A stretch of 53,630 nt of DNA from Candidatus Omnitrophota bacterium (GTDB lineage Bacteria; Omnitrophota; Gorgyraeia; Zapsychrales; Fredricksoniimonadaceae). Location of the stretch: the NCBI GenBank assembly GCA_013285735.1, contig JABDGZ010000007.1, positions 1 to 53,630 on the forward strand. The letters run 5' to 3'. The notes below the pieces were generated by a model. That model searched no databases. It had not been told where the DNA came from and saw only the letters and a list, made by a program, of their open reading frames with translations. Positions 18,614-28,728 of the stretch are shown one piece after another. The first letter of the stretch is position 1, and every line of letters starts with the position of its first letter. The position numbers and the translations under genes were made by a program.

Positions 18614-18724
18614 AGTTTGGTACTTTTTTTAAAATGGCACACGTGTGTGCAAAAAACTGTCATACGTGTGTGAATTTGAACGTTCCTGCTATCCTACTTC
18701 TTGTCTTATTTCTTCTAACTCTAT

Positions 18725-18991
<267 letters not shown>

Positions 18992-19023
18992 TTAAACCTG
19001 ATTTTTTGCGTGCCCCAGCTGCT

Positions 19024-19539
19024 TTAGCCTAGATGTTGCGGGTGTTTAAATTCGGTAGGGCTGGTGATTGGGTCATATTTTTGAAAAACTTCAAGAAGAA
19101 AATAAGTAGCTTTGCCTATATTCCACAGCACATTAGAACCAAGAATTAGTGTTTGAGCGCTAATACCAAATAATAGAGCATCCCTTAGTACAAGATTTTT
19201 GCAGCCATGATTAAAGAGATTGGAAAAGAAAAATGCAAGTATTAATAAAATCGCCAAAAGAATCGTGGCATAAAACAATCTTTCTCCTGACTTAACAAAA
19301 ACCTTCTTTACTTCCCCATCTGCGCTTGCACTAGCAGAAAAAGACAACGCGGAAAAACCAGCAACAATGATCACTGCAGATGATAGGCCTACCAACCCTT
19401 CATTAACTAATTTAATATTGAATAGAGGGAAAATTAGTAAATCTATCCAAAGAAGACCAAAAGTAAGAAATGCAATTATAGCCGTAAATATTAAGCTTAA
19501 GTGTCTCGTTAACCAGAATATCTTAAAAGAATCTTTCAC
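19024..19539 (-). CDS. Four-TM membrane protein
   Basis: Four hydrophobic helices. Starts 7 bp after the papain-fold gene. Confidence 0.65.
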   Translation of the reverse strand: MKDSFKIFWLTRHLSLIFTAIIAFLTFGLLWIDLLIFPLFNIKLVNEGLVGLSSAVIIVAGFSALSFSASASADGEVKKVFVKSGERLFYATILLAILLILAFFFSNLFNHGCKNLVLRDALLFGISAQTLILGSNVLWNIGKATYFLLEVFQKYDPITSPTEFKHPQHLG

Positions 19540-19546
19540 AGCAGGC

Positions 19547-21082
19547 TTACTCCGAAAAAACTCTACTATGCGTTTTTATTCCACAATCCCTCTTCTGAAC
19601 AAAAATCTTTGAATTTTCATCCAAACCAAAAAAATAAAACTGTCCGGGCAAACGGGCTAATACATAGGTCGATAAATCCAATTCTTTTGATAACTCAACC
19701 TCTGCATTTAAAACAATTTCACCTAATTTTCTTCGATTAGCTGGGAACAATTCCGGCAGAGAAATTTCGACAACCCAATAATATCCTTTTAAGCCATTTT
19801 CTAAGACATCCAACACTTTGGGATCAATTATCTCATCCTGCCATCCTTTTGAACCTCTTAAATGATCTATGTATTCCTTACCTGACATAAAAATCGTTCG
19901 TAACACTACCCAACCGCTCTTTATAAGAATAGCTTCCCTCAATCGTCTAAGCCATCGATTGACCTCATTGGGGATCATGTTGACAGCAATTGAATATAAA
20001 TAGTCAACAGCAATTGCTTCTGCATTAATGGCATCATATTTTACTTGTTTCGGTTTAATGGCAATAACGAACAATTCACTGTTCTTAGACATGTATTGCC
20101 GGGGAAGGCAAAAATGAGAACCAAAATTATCATCATGACATATATATGAACTCACCCATAATTCACTTGGCACATACCTGGTATCTTTACCTATCGTAAA
20201 ATAACTTGTTTCCGCATTGGGGACCCATGTGTCTTCATTAAAGGTATGCCCTATGACTGGAATGATATGCCCTGAAGCGCCACCAAAAGTAAATCCTAAA
20301 AGTGCTGGATAGCCGGATTCCACACTTGCATATAAATATTTTTGAAAAGGAACATTAGGCTGTTCTCCAGTCAACGGATACCATTGGTCGGAATATTTAA
20401 TACCTAAACTATCTAACACCGTCTTAATTTGCACAATAGATAAAGGCTCCCCTACCCCGTGAGGGAATCCCTTTGCTTTTAAAATCCTATTCATTTCTCT
20501 GTAACTAAAATCATTAAAACCTTCAACCATTGAAATACATGTTCTCAAAGCGACATGGGCACATACATTTGTCAAATCATTCTGCTGACAATAAATATTA
20601 CCTTTTATGCTGAAGATTTTATTATGGCTGGAAACTTTGTATTCACGCGTGGCGTGATAAAAATTATTATCATGCCTTGCAGGATTAGTGACGGACTCAA
20701 AAACGATCCAACGAAATCTATTCCCTGTCGGGACTGCTTTTAATATTGCGTACCCCAGGAAATCTTCATTTGACTGATTTTGGATATCAACAGCATTAGC
20801 AAATATACTCTTAAAGAAAGTTAAACGATAAAGAGGCCTATTAATCGGCTTTAAACCTGCTTCAATGAGATCGGTATCATCTTCTTTGGACAATCCCACG
20901 CTCGGTATTTCCTCAATAACCAAGGTGCTAAAACCACCCATTCGTGCTTGAGAAAATATTCTTCTAATCGGAACGCACTCGCCTCCGAAGCGGTCTTCTA
21001 CAAAATCAAAATTAGAAAAGGGTGGCCTGACATCCAATATTTCTGGATTGCCAAGACACCCTTGAGTTTTTAATTCTTCCAT
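19547..21082 (-). CDS. Papain-fold (C39-like) cysteine peptidase/transferase, uncharacterised family, copy 2
   Basis: QQN....CAHVAL, SVESGYPALL...GHIIPVIGH, ICHDDNFG and YWVVEIS...LGEIVLNA, colinear with copy 1. Confidence 0.65.
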   Translation of the reverse strand: MEELKTQGCLGNPEILDVRPPFSNFDFVEDRFGGECVPIRRIFSQARMGGFSTLVIEEIPSVGLSKEDDTDLIEAGLKPINRPLYRLTFFKSIFANAVDIQNQSNEDFLGYAILKAVPTGNRFRWIVFESVTNPARHDNNFYHATREYKVSSHNKIFSIKGNIYCQQNDLTNVCAHVALRTCISMVEGFNDFSYREMNRILKAKGFPHGVGEPLSIVQIKTVLDSLGIKYSDQWYPLTGEQPNVPFQKYLYASVESGYPALLGFTFGGASGHIIPVIGHTFNEDTWVPNAETSYFTIGKDTRYVPSELWVSSYICHDDNFGSHFCLPRQYMSKNSELFVIAIKPKQVKYDAINAEAIAVDYLYSIAVNMIPNEVNRWLRRLREAILIKSGWVVLRTIFMSGKEYIDHLRGSKGWQDEIIDPKVLDVLENGLKGYYWVVEISLPELFPANRRKLGEIVLNAEVELSKELDLSTYVLARLPGQFYFFGLDENSKIFVQKRDCGIKTHSRVFSE

Positions 21083-21086
21083 GAAA

Positions 21087-21266
21087 TTACTTAAATAATA
21101 TCTGCGCCTCTGATGATTTTTTCTCCCAATTTTCTTTCTCTTTTAAAAACTGAGAAACATCGTGAGATTCCCTTAAAGTAATGCTTTCCTTTTCATGTTC
21201 AGAACCAAACAACTTATCTAACGCTTGAACCAAAATTGGGCTACCGAATGTTCTTTTATCGGCCAT
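21087..21266 (-). CDS. 59-aa small protein directly upstream of papain-fold copy 2
   Basis: MADKRTFGSPILVQALDKLFGSEHEKESITLRESHDVSQFLKEKENWEKKSSEAQILFK. GGAGGG RBS. Stop is 4 bp before the next ATG. Confidence 0.72.
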   Translation of the reverse strand: MADKRTFGSPILVQALDKLFGSEHEKESITLRESHDVSQFLKEKENWEKKSSEAQILFK

Positions 21267-21714
21267 AAGTATCCCCTCCCATAGGTTGATTCTTAGTATA
21301 GCAAATACAGAAGAAATTTGATGTTTTTTTCACTTTTTTTCTTATAAAAATTTTTTATACGTCGGGAAGAAAATACCCCCAAGCCAAAGAGCCATAATCT
21401 TAACCATTTAACAGTTTAACTGCAAGAAGAATATTTTTAGCGACATTCATGCAAAATCAATATTAATGCCCCAAATAGGCATGGCACAATCTGGATAAAA
21501 CAAAGCAAAGTATCAAGCCAATCCCTCCGGCTATGAAATAAAAAACAATAGCCCCTAAAATAAGAAAATAAATTCCCCGCAATATTTTTAAAACCCATAG
21601 CCCTATGAAAACTACTATCATGTAAATTATGCCCAATATTTTTAATTTTCTGCATAAAGCTATTTAAAATCACTGTGATTTGAACCATATAAAACACCCC
21701 CCTTTTTATTCCTA

Positions 21715-21758
21715 TTAATGTGCACATTAAAAACAACATTTTCTAAATGTGCACATTT
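21715..21758. promoter_or_regulatory. Tandem palindromes ATGTGCACAT
   Basis: TTAATGTGCACATTAA (21715-21730) and AAATGTGCACATTT (21745-21758), 29 bp centre to centre. Confidence 0.6.
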
Positions 21759-21867
21759 TCGCCTATATAATATTAAGGAAGGTAAAAAGAAATGTTGTTT
21801 TCTCTTTATCTTGCCTTTCGGATGTAAAAAATAAATCGTAACTAAAAACATAGCCTTTTTATCACTC

Positions 21868-23046
21868 CTATTTTTTATCGTTGGATTCGGTACTTGGGGA
21901 TTCCTCTAGAAGCATATCCAGTTGCCTTGCAGCGTCCGCGTATGTTTCTAAGGGTAATAGGTGGCCGTAACGGTCAATGGTTGTTTGAATTGACGCGTGG
22001 CCTACTTGATTTGAAATAAACTTAATGTTTTGGCCCTGATCAATCAGTATTGAAACAAACGTGTGCCTGAGATCATGAAAACGGATCTTTTTAAGCCCCG
22101 CACGTTTTAATGTTGGCAAAAATTGTCTATTACGAATATTATCCGGATCGAGCGGCTGACCTTCTTCACCACAAAAAATCAATTCATGGGGGCTGGTTGG
22201 CGCTGTTACCTTGTGATTTTCTAAAGATTCTTTTAATTTCGGTGTTAAAAGAACAGTGCGATAAGAACTGCGGGTTTTAGGTGTGATAAAACGCCATAAT
22301 TGATTATTTTCATCCCTATTCTTTGTTGTCCAATAGATACTGCGCCTGACATAAATGACACCGCGCACCCAATCAATATCCGGCCATTGTAAGGCCAAGA
22401 GCTCACCCAAGCGCATACCGGTGAATATAGCGGACATAAACAGGATTTTATAGGGCTCCTGGGCATGTTTAAGCAGTACGCGTACATTCTCTGGGGGCAA
22501 AAAGTCCATTTCTTTATGAGTGCTTTTAATACGATCAACCTTCTCCGCAGGATTACGGGAAATATAGTCCCAACGATAGGCGTATTTAAAAATTGTCTTA
22601 ACAAGGACCAAAACATTATTGGCAGTTTTAGGGGACCGGTTTTGTTTAACCCTGGCTATAACGTCTTGGATCTTCTCAGTTGAAATTTGAGAAATCTCAT
22701 AATGGCCAATTGACGGTAATATATGATAATTGATGGTGTTAACGTAGCTGTCATAGGTAGAAATTTTGATGTTGGGCTTGGCATAGGTCTCAAGCCATTT
22801 GGTGACAAAGTCTTTAAAGAATATTTTCTTAGGAGTAACAAAAGAATTGTTAGCAAGTTGTGTATTTATTTCGTTAAGTCGACGCTCTGCTTCTTTTTTA
22901 TTGGAGCCTATAGTTTCTGAGCGTTGTTTATACCCTTCGCGGTAAACAATAACGTACTCAGCCTCTTTATGATCACATGAAGCATAACCTGTGCGCCCTT
23001 CTCTTCGACAAATACGACATCGTTTTAAAATGCTTCCTCTTGCCAT
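21868..23046 (-). CDS. Tyrosine recombinase/integrase
   Basis: TGMRLGELLALQW (R), TPKT (K), FHDLRHT (HxxR), VGHASIQTTIDRYGH (H, Y), plus N-terminal arm-binding and SAM-like regions. Confidence 0.96.
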   Translation of the reverse strand: MARGSILKRCRICRREGRTGYASCDHKEAEYVIVYREGYKQRSETIGSNKKEAERRLNEINTQLANNSFVTPKKIFFKDFVTKWLETYAKPNIKISTYDSYVNTINYHILPSIGHYEISQISTEKIQDVIARVKQNRSPKTANNVLVLVKTIFKYAYRWDYISRNPAEKVDRIKSTHKEMDFLPPENVRVLLKHAQEPYKILFMSAIFTGMRLGELLALQWPDIDWVRGVIYVRRSIYWTTKNRDENNQLWRFITPKTRSSYRTVLLTPKLKESLENHKVTAPTSPHELIFCGEEGQPLDPDNIRNRQFLPTLKRAGLKKIRFHDLRHTFVSILIDQGQNIKFISNQVGHASIQTTIDRYGHLLPLETYADAARQLDMLLEESPSTESNDKK

Positions 23047-23054
23047 AATCTCGC

Positions 23055-23225
23055 CTATGCTATTTCAACTTTTTTAACAAAGGCCATGACTTCATCCGGA
23101 TCAAAACGGACGTACTTTCCCAACTTGTAATGTGGCATTGTCCCCTGACACGTCCTGCGATAGAGCCAGGAAACAGGCAATCCCAAAATATTTGCCATTT
23201 GATGTATGTTGACTAAAGATTTCAT
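23055..23225 (-). CDS. Excisionase-like HTH protein (56 aa)
   Basis: MKSLVNIHQMANILGLPVSWLYRRTCQGTMPHYKLGKYVRFDPDEVMAFVKKVEIA. AGGAGG RBS, 8 bp upstream of the integrase. Absent from the ORF track. Confidence 0.85.
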   Translation of the reverse strand: MKSLVNIHQMANILGLPVSWLYRRTCQGTMPHYKLGKYVRFDPDEVMAFVKKVEIA

Positions 23226-23296
23226 ATCCTGATACCTCCTATGTTTGATTTCTTATTCTTTATGAGTATAAACCATATTTGCGAAGATGTCAATGG

Positions 23297-23333
23297 TTGT
23301 CACATAATATAACAAGTTATAATATTTTGACAA
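23297..23333. promoter_or_regulatory. Imperfect inverted repeat between divergent xis-int and regulator
   Basis: TTGTCACATAATATAAC-AA-GTTATAATATTTTGACAA. Confidence 0.5.
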
Positions 23334-23429
23334 TTATTGAGTTACACAAATTAAGAAAAATATTTCAAATAATTGCGAAATCAATTCACAATCTTGACTA
23401 TAAACACAAATGCTGTTATAGTTACCAAT

Positions 23430-24041
23430 ATGAACGAAGAAAAAATTCCTTTGGGACAAAAAGTAGCCCAATTAATTGAAAAAAGCCCCTTTAAAAGCCC
23501 TTTAAATTTCCACAATGAAATTATTAGAAGGTATGGTAAGGATGCCATAAAACAACGGCGTTTATATTGGGTTATTAATTACCGCGGCAACCGTAGGATC
23601 AAAGATGAAGTTATTTCTCAAATAGCAACAGCATTGAAATTAAAATTTTATGAACTAGTCGGTGGAACCACCAGCGAACCCCCTGCTGAGGGACCTTCTA
23701 AAGCCTTTTTCCCTTATGGACCAAAATCAAACGATAACGCAGCCATCCTTTATAACCTTTATCATGGCCTGCCCTTTAAACCTCAACGGATTAAAATCTC
23801 TGGCCGCGCCTCAACCATCGAAGAAAACGAAGCCATTAAAGGATTTCAATGTTTTAAATTAGCCGTACTTGAAAAAGGATTGGTTGAACTGGTGATAAAA
23901 CACAAAAATGGCGAGTCCGAACGTGTAGATTTAAAATCTTCTGAAGGGTTTAATTTCAACTCCGGTGAACCGCATTATTTTGAAAACAAAAGCAAACTAA
24001 CTTCAAAAATCTTTGTTATTAGTTATTTAAAACCTGCTTAA
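23430..24041 (+). CDS. XRE-like HTH + cupin regulator
   Basis: N-terminal ...ISQIATALKLKFYELV and C-terminal cupin pattern VLEKGLVELV...LKSSEGFNFNSGEPHYFEN. Likely ATG at 23430. Confidence 0.7.
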   Translation: MNEEKIPLGQKVAQLIEKSPFKSPLNFHNEIIRRYGKDAIKQRRLYWVINYRGNRRIKDEVISQIATALKLKFYELVGGTTSEPPAEGPSKAFFPYGPKSNDNAAILYNLYHGLPFKPQRIKISGRASTIEENEAIKGFQCFKLAVLEKGLVELVIKHKNGESERVDLKSSEGFNFNSGEPHYFENKSKLTSKIFVISYLKPA

Positions 24042-24208
24042 TTCTATCCCTCTTGATCTAATCTGATCTGATCCTAATTCAAAGTTAAAGATGACAAAAA
24101 TTTATAATCCTGTCACATGCAGCATTAAAAAGTGACAAGATTTATTCCATAACTTCTAAATTTTTGTTAGCCGGTTGTTAGCCGAAGCCTCTTTTTGATA
24201 AAAGCAAG

Positions 24209-24244
24209 AAAGCCATCCAGCGTTGTAACATGCTGAATGGCTTT
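24209..24244. terminator. Hairpin originally just downstream of tRNA-fMet
   Basis: AAAGCCATCCAGC-N10-GCTGAATGGCTTT. It would lie 9 bp from the tRNA CCA if the IS were removed. Confidence 0.6.
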
Positions 24245-24248
24245 AACT

Positions 24249-25550
24249 GCCCTTCCTGACAGATAGGTAACAGAAAATACCGGAGACATGGGTAACACTT
24301 TTATAATAATGGCATAGAAAGGGGTACTACTATGCCATGGAAAGAGAGTGTACTTATGGATGAACGGATGAAATTCGTTGCACGATTATTACAAGGCGAA
24401 AAAATGACTGAGCTCTGCCGTGAATTTGGAATCTCCAGAAAGACCGGTTACAAATTCTGGGATCGGTACAAAGATGTGGGTTTGCATGGATTGACTGACC
24501 GAAGCAGAAGACCTGTCCGATACGCTAACCAATTGCCCATGCAAATAGAGTGTGAGATATTAAGAATCAAGAAAGACAAGCCATCATGGGGAGCACCAAA
24601 AATCCGAGAAATACTGCGAAGAAAATACCCTGAGGTTAGAACACCGGCTAAAAGCACCATTCACTGTATCCTTGACCGGCATGGATTGGTCATCCGTCGA
24701 AGAAAAAGACGATTTAAGCTTCAAGGAACACCTTTAACCACGCAACATAACCCTAACGATTTATGGTGTGCAGACTATAAGGGTGAGTTTATGTTAGCCA
24801 ATAAACAGTATTGCTATCCTCTGACTATTACAGACTCCTGTAGCCGTTATCTGCTGGCTTGCGAAGGCTTAGAAAGCACCAAAGAAATACATGCCTTTAG
24901 CATCTTCGAACAGACTTTTCAAAAATATGGATTACCAATGACTATCCGCACAGATAATGGCCTTCCCTTTGCTTCTCCCCATGCCCTGTTTGGTTTAAGC
25001 AGACTTTCGGTATGGTGGTTACGTTTGGGTATTTTTATCGAACGGATTAAACCTGGAAACCCTCAACAAAACGGCAGGCATGAACGGATGCATTTAACTC
25101 TTAAAAAAGAAGCTACAAAACCACCTGGTGAAAACTTCTTGCAACAACAAGAAAAATTCGATAACTTTATTCAAGAATTTAATACTCAAAGGCCACATCA
25201 GGCCATTGATATGAAATTCCCAAGTGAAATTTATACACCTTCACCTCGTCCTTATAAAGGAATTCAGGAATTAAGTTACCCTTTTCATGATAAAACAGCA
25301 ATCGTTACAACCTGTGGAAGGATTTGCATCAATAAACACAAGGTTAACTTAAGTCATGTCTTTGCCGGACAGAATATGGGTGTTAAAGAAGTAGCGGATG
25401 GTATTTGGCTGGTTACTTTTATGGATTACGACTTAGGATATTTTGACTTTGAGACAAATAAAATAGAGCCCTTAGGGTACCCGTTCGCACCGGAGATGGT
25501 GTAACCCATCTCTCCGGTACGAACTGTTACCCATGTGTCCGGTATGGACC
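24249..25550 (+). mobile_element. IS481-family insertion sequence
   Basis: About 50-bp imperfect terminal IRs, each with two CCGGA.ACATGGGTAACA-type sub-repeats. AACT on both flanks (24245-48 and 25551-54). Single transposase ORF. Confidence 0.88.
24332..25504 (+). CDS. IS481-family DDE transposase
   Basis: MPWKE..VMDERMKFV, HTH (ELCREFGISRKTGYK), WCADYKG, RTDNG, PQQNGRHERMH and FNTQRPHQA. Confidence 0.95.
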   Translation: MPWKESVLMDERMKFVARLLQGEKMTELCREFGISRKTGYKFWDRYKDVGLHGLTDRSRRPVRYANQLPMQIECEILRIKKDKPSWGAPKIREILRRKYPEVRTPAKSTIHCILDRHGLVIRRRKRRFKLQGTPLTTQHNPNDLWCADYKGEFMLANKQYCYPLTITDSCSRYLLACEGLESTKEIHAFSIFEQTFQKYGLPMTIRTDNGLPFASPHALFGLSRLSVWWLRLGIFIERIKPGNPQQNGRHERMHLTLKKEATKPPGENFLQQQEKFDNFIQEFNTQRPHQAIDMKFPSEIYTPSPRPYKGIQELSYPFHDKTAIVTTCGRICINKHKVNLSHVFAGQNMGVKEVADGIWLVTFMDYDLGYFDFETNKIEPLGYPFAPEMV

Positions 25551-25559
25551 AACTTGTGA

Positions 25560-25636
25560 TGGTTGCGGGGACAGGATTTGAACCTATGACCTCCAGGTTA
25601 TGAGCCTGGCGAGCTACCGGGCTGCTCCACCCCGCG
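25560..25636 (-). tRNA. tRNA-Met (CAT), initiator type
   Basis: CGCGGGGTGGAGCAGCCCGGTAGCTCGCCAGGCTCATAACCTGGAGGTCATAGGTTCAAATCCTGTCCCCGCAACCA, with C1:A72 mismatch and encoded CCA. Confidence 0.96.
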
Positions 25637-25649
25637 ATATCTTATATCG

Positions 25650-25919
25650 CTACTGCTTCACCGGTACGATTCTGTAAACTGTTTCTCCTGGGCGAATCAG
25701 ACCCATTGTTTCACGACCTACTTTTTCTACATAATCCGGGTCGGTTTGTAACAAGTGACGCTCTTCTTCAAATCTTTTGTTCTTCTCTTCCAACGCTGTG
25801 ATCCTGCGGGCATATTCAAGATTTTTAAGCTTTAAATCCTGCATCGTCGAATATGACGGTAAAAAAAGTGCCAGGATAATGACTGTTAATATAAATAGTG
25901 AAAGAGCGTTCTTAAGCAT
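25650..25919 (-). CDS. ftsB: Septum formation initiator FtsB/DivIC family
   Basis: N-terminal TM, coiled coil, DPDYVEKVGRETMGLIRPGETVY. Downstream of eno, the usual synteny. Confidence 0.85.
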   Translation of the reverse strand: MLKNALSLFILTVIILALFLPSYSTMQDLKLKNLEYARRITALEEKNKRFEEERHLLQTDPDYVEKVGRETMGLIRPGETVYRIVPVKQ

Positions 25920-25925
25920 TTATGG

Positions 25926-25945
25926 ATTCCCGCTTTCGCGGGAAT
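25926..25945. repeat. dRS3/REP-like palindrome ATTCCC-N8-GGGAAT
   Basis: ggATTCCCGCTTTCGCGGGAATgac in the eno-ftsB spacer. Confidence 0.7.
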
Positions 25946-25978
25946 GACAATATTTATGTTTCAATGACATAAATTATA

Positions 25979-27289
<1,311 letters not shown>

Positions 27290-27395
27290 TTAAGAGTTCG
27301 TAATCTAACATAGTTAAACCCCTTTGTCAATCTCTTACGATTCGCCAAGTTGAAGAAATAGGGCATTTGCATAACGAAAATGTGCTATGCTTTAA

Positions 27396-27559
27396 TCAGG
27401 AAGTTGGTAAGAGGTTTGTAGAGGGTTCTGGGATCACAAAGGAATTTGTACGTGTGGGCAACAGCCAAGAATGACTGTCATTATTATTTAAAATACTCCC
27501 GCATCAAACAAATCCTTCAAAGACCATAACGCTTCTATCAAGCCCGTGCCATTTTCTGA
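27396..27559 (+). ncRNA. Candidate ~160-nt rod-shaped structured RNA (6S-like or 5' leader)
   Basis: Nested pairings: CAGGAAG/TTTTCTG, TGGTA/TGCCA, GGTTTG/CAAGCC, TAGAGG/CTTCTA, GTT/AAC, AAGGAATTTGT/ACAAATCCTT, GTGTGGG/CCCGCAT. Extended -10 TGcTATGCT at 27383-27391. Confidence 0.5.
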
Positions 27560-27602
27560 AAGAAAGTTGGTTTAAGCCCAATTCTTAGGAAAGGGGCTAG
27601 AG

Positions 27603-28100
27603 GTGCGTATGAAAAATTTGGCTAATACAAAAGGCGGCTTTACGCTCGTTGAGGTACTCGTCAGCACGGGGATCATTCTTATTTTTCTCCCCTTTGCCGC
27701 GAGCATGCTCACGAATAGCCAATTACTTGCCTCCTATTCAAAACATAAAATCCAGGCAGCTTATGCGGCCCAGCAAATCATTGAAACACAACGCCAAAAT
27801 CCATTTTTAATAATATTGCCTGGACACTCCGTCACTATTGGCCCTGCGGCAGTCGTCCTGGACACTAAAGGTAATTACGCCAACACCAATTGCAGCACCA
27901 ATCCTAATCTTTTTTGCGGTACCGCGAGCGTAACAGTGACCCCGGCAGTTTATACCAAAAGCTCCGGAGCCCAGCTTACCAGCGCTGTGGTGGACCACTT
28001 CGTGGTTCAAATTTCTTGGGTTGAACGGATATCAGCCCTACAGGTTCCTATGACTGAAACTTACGCGGAGGACATTGCAAATGATCCGATGCTTAACTAA
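27603..28100 (+). CDS. Type IV pilin-like protein (PilV-like)
   Basis: KGG|FTLVEVLV prepilin cleavage/methylation motif. Confidence 0.85.
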   Translation: MRMKNLANTKGGFTLVEVLVSTGIILIFLPFAASMLTNSQLLASYSKHKIQAAYAAQQIIETQRQNPFLIILPGHSVTIGPAAVVLDTKGNYANTNCSTNPNLFCGTASVTVTPAVYTKSSGAQLTSAVVDHFVVQISWVERISALQVPMTETYAEDIANDPMLN

Positions 28101-28728
28101 AAAGAATGCATTTACCCTGGTCGAAATGCTGATGGCTGTCGCCTTTACGGTGCTTTTGATGACGGGTGTTTTTGGTTTTTATAACTCCTCAAACCAGGTT
28201 TATTCGTCAGGGATAACTGGACAAACACTTCAAGACGGGGCTAATATTGTGCTTAGTAAGGTGATTGAGGGCGAGACAGAATCAAACGTGGTCTATCGTT
28301 TATCTACCGCTGTTTCTTATATGTTACCCAATGGCAGCGCCAATGAATTGTATAGTTGTGGTGGGCCGTCTCAAGCTGCTCCTTGTAATGCCAGCAATTC
28401 TTTTAGTGAATTGTACTATTGTCAGGACAGCCCTTGTGGCGGTGCTAGTGATGCGACCGCCCGATGGTATTATTTAAACAGCACAGGCACCTCTGTCATT
28501 TATCATCACCCCTCCAGCAACGGTGGTACTGTCGAGGAAAATGTTTACACCGCTCCTGCAGGAACGTCTTTGAAGATACGTTTTTCGCCTGCTGCGGTGA
28601 GCACGCCATTGAATGTCGTTGAGATCGATGTTGCTTTGACAAAAAATCTATCGCCCAATATTACAAATAGCCGGTTGGCCACCAGCGGTGCTGTGTCCAC
28701 CTATGTACTTTTGAGGAGTCATCCATGA
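28075..28728 (+). CDS. Type IV pilin-like protein (PilW-like)
   Basis: KNA|FTLVEMLMAV prepilin motif. Confidence 0.85.
   Translation: MQMIRCLTKKNAFTLVEMLMAVAFTVLLMTGVFGFYNSSNQVYSSGITGQTLQDGANIVLSKVIEGETESNVVYRLSTAVSYMLPNGSANELYSCGGPSQAAPCNASNSFSELYYCQDSPCGGASDATARWYYLNSTGTSVIYHHPSSNGGTVEENVYTAPAGTSLKIRFSPAAVSTPLNVVEIDVALTKNLSPNITNSRLATSGAVSTYVLLRSHP

Noticed and set aside
27440-27600. c-di-GMP riboswitch before the pilin genes
   Set aside because: The GGCAAA/GAAA tetraloop-receptor consensus was not found, and the fold looks like a single long rod instead.
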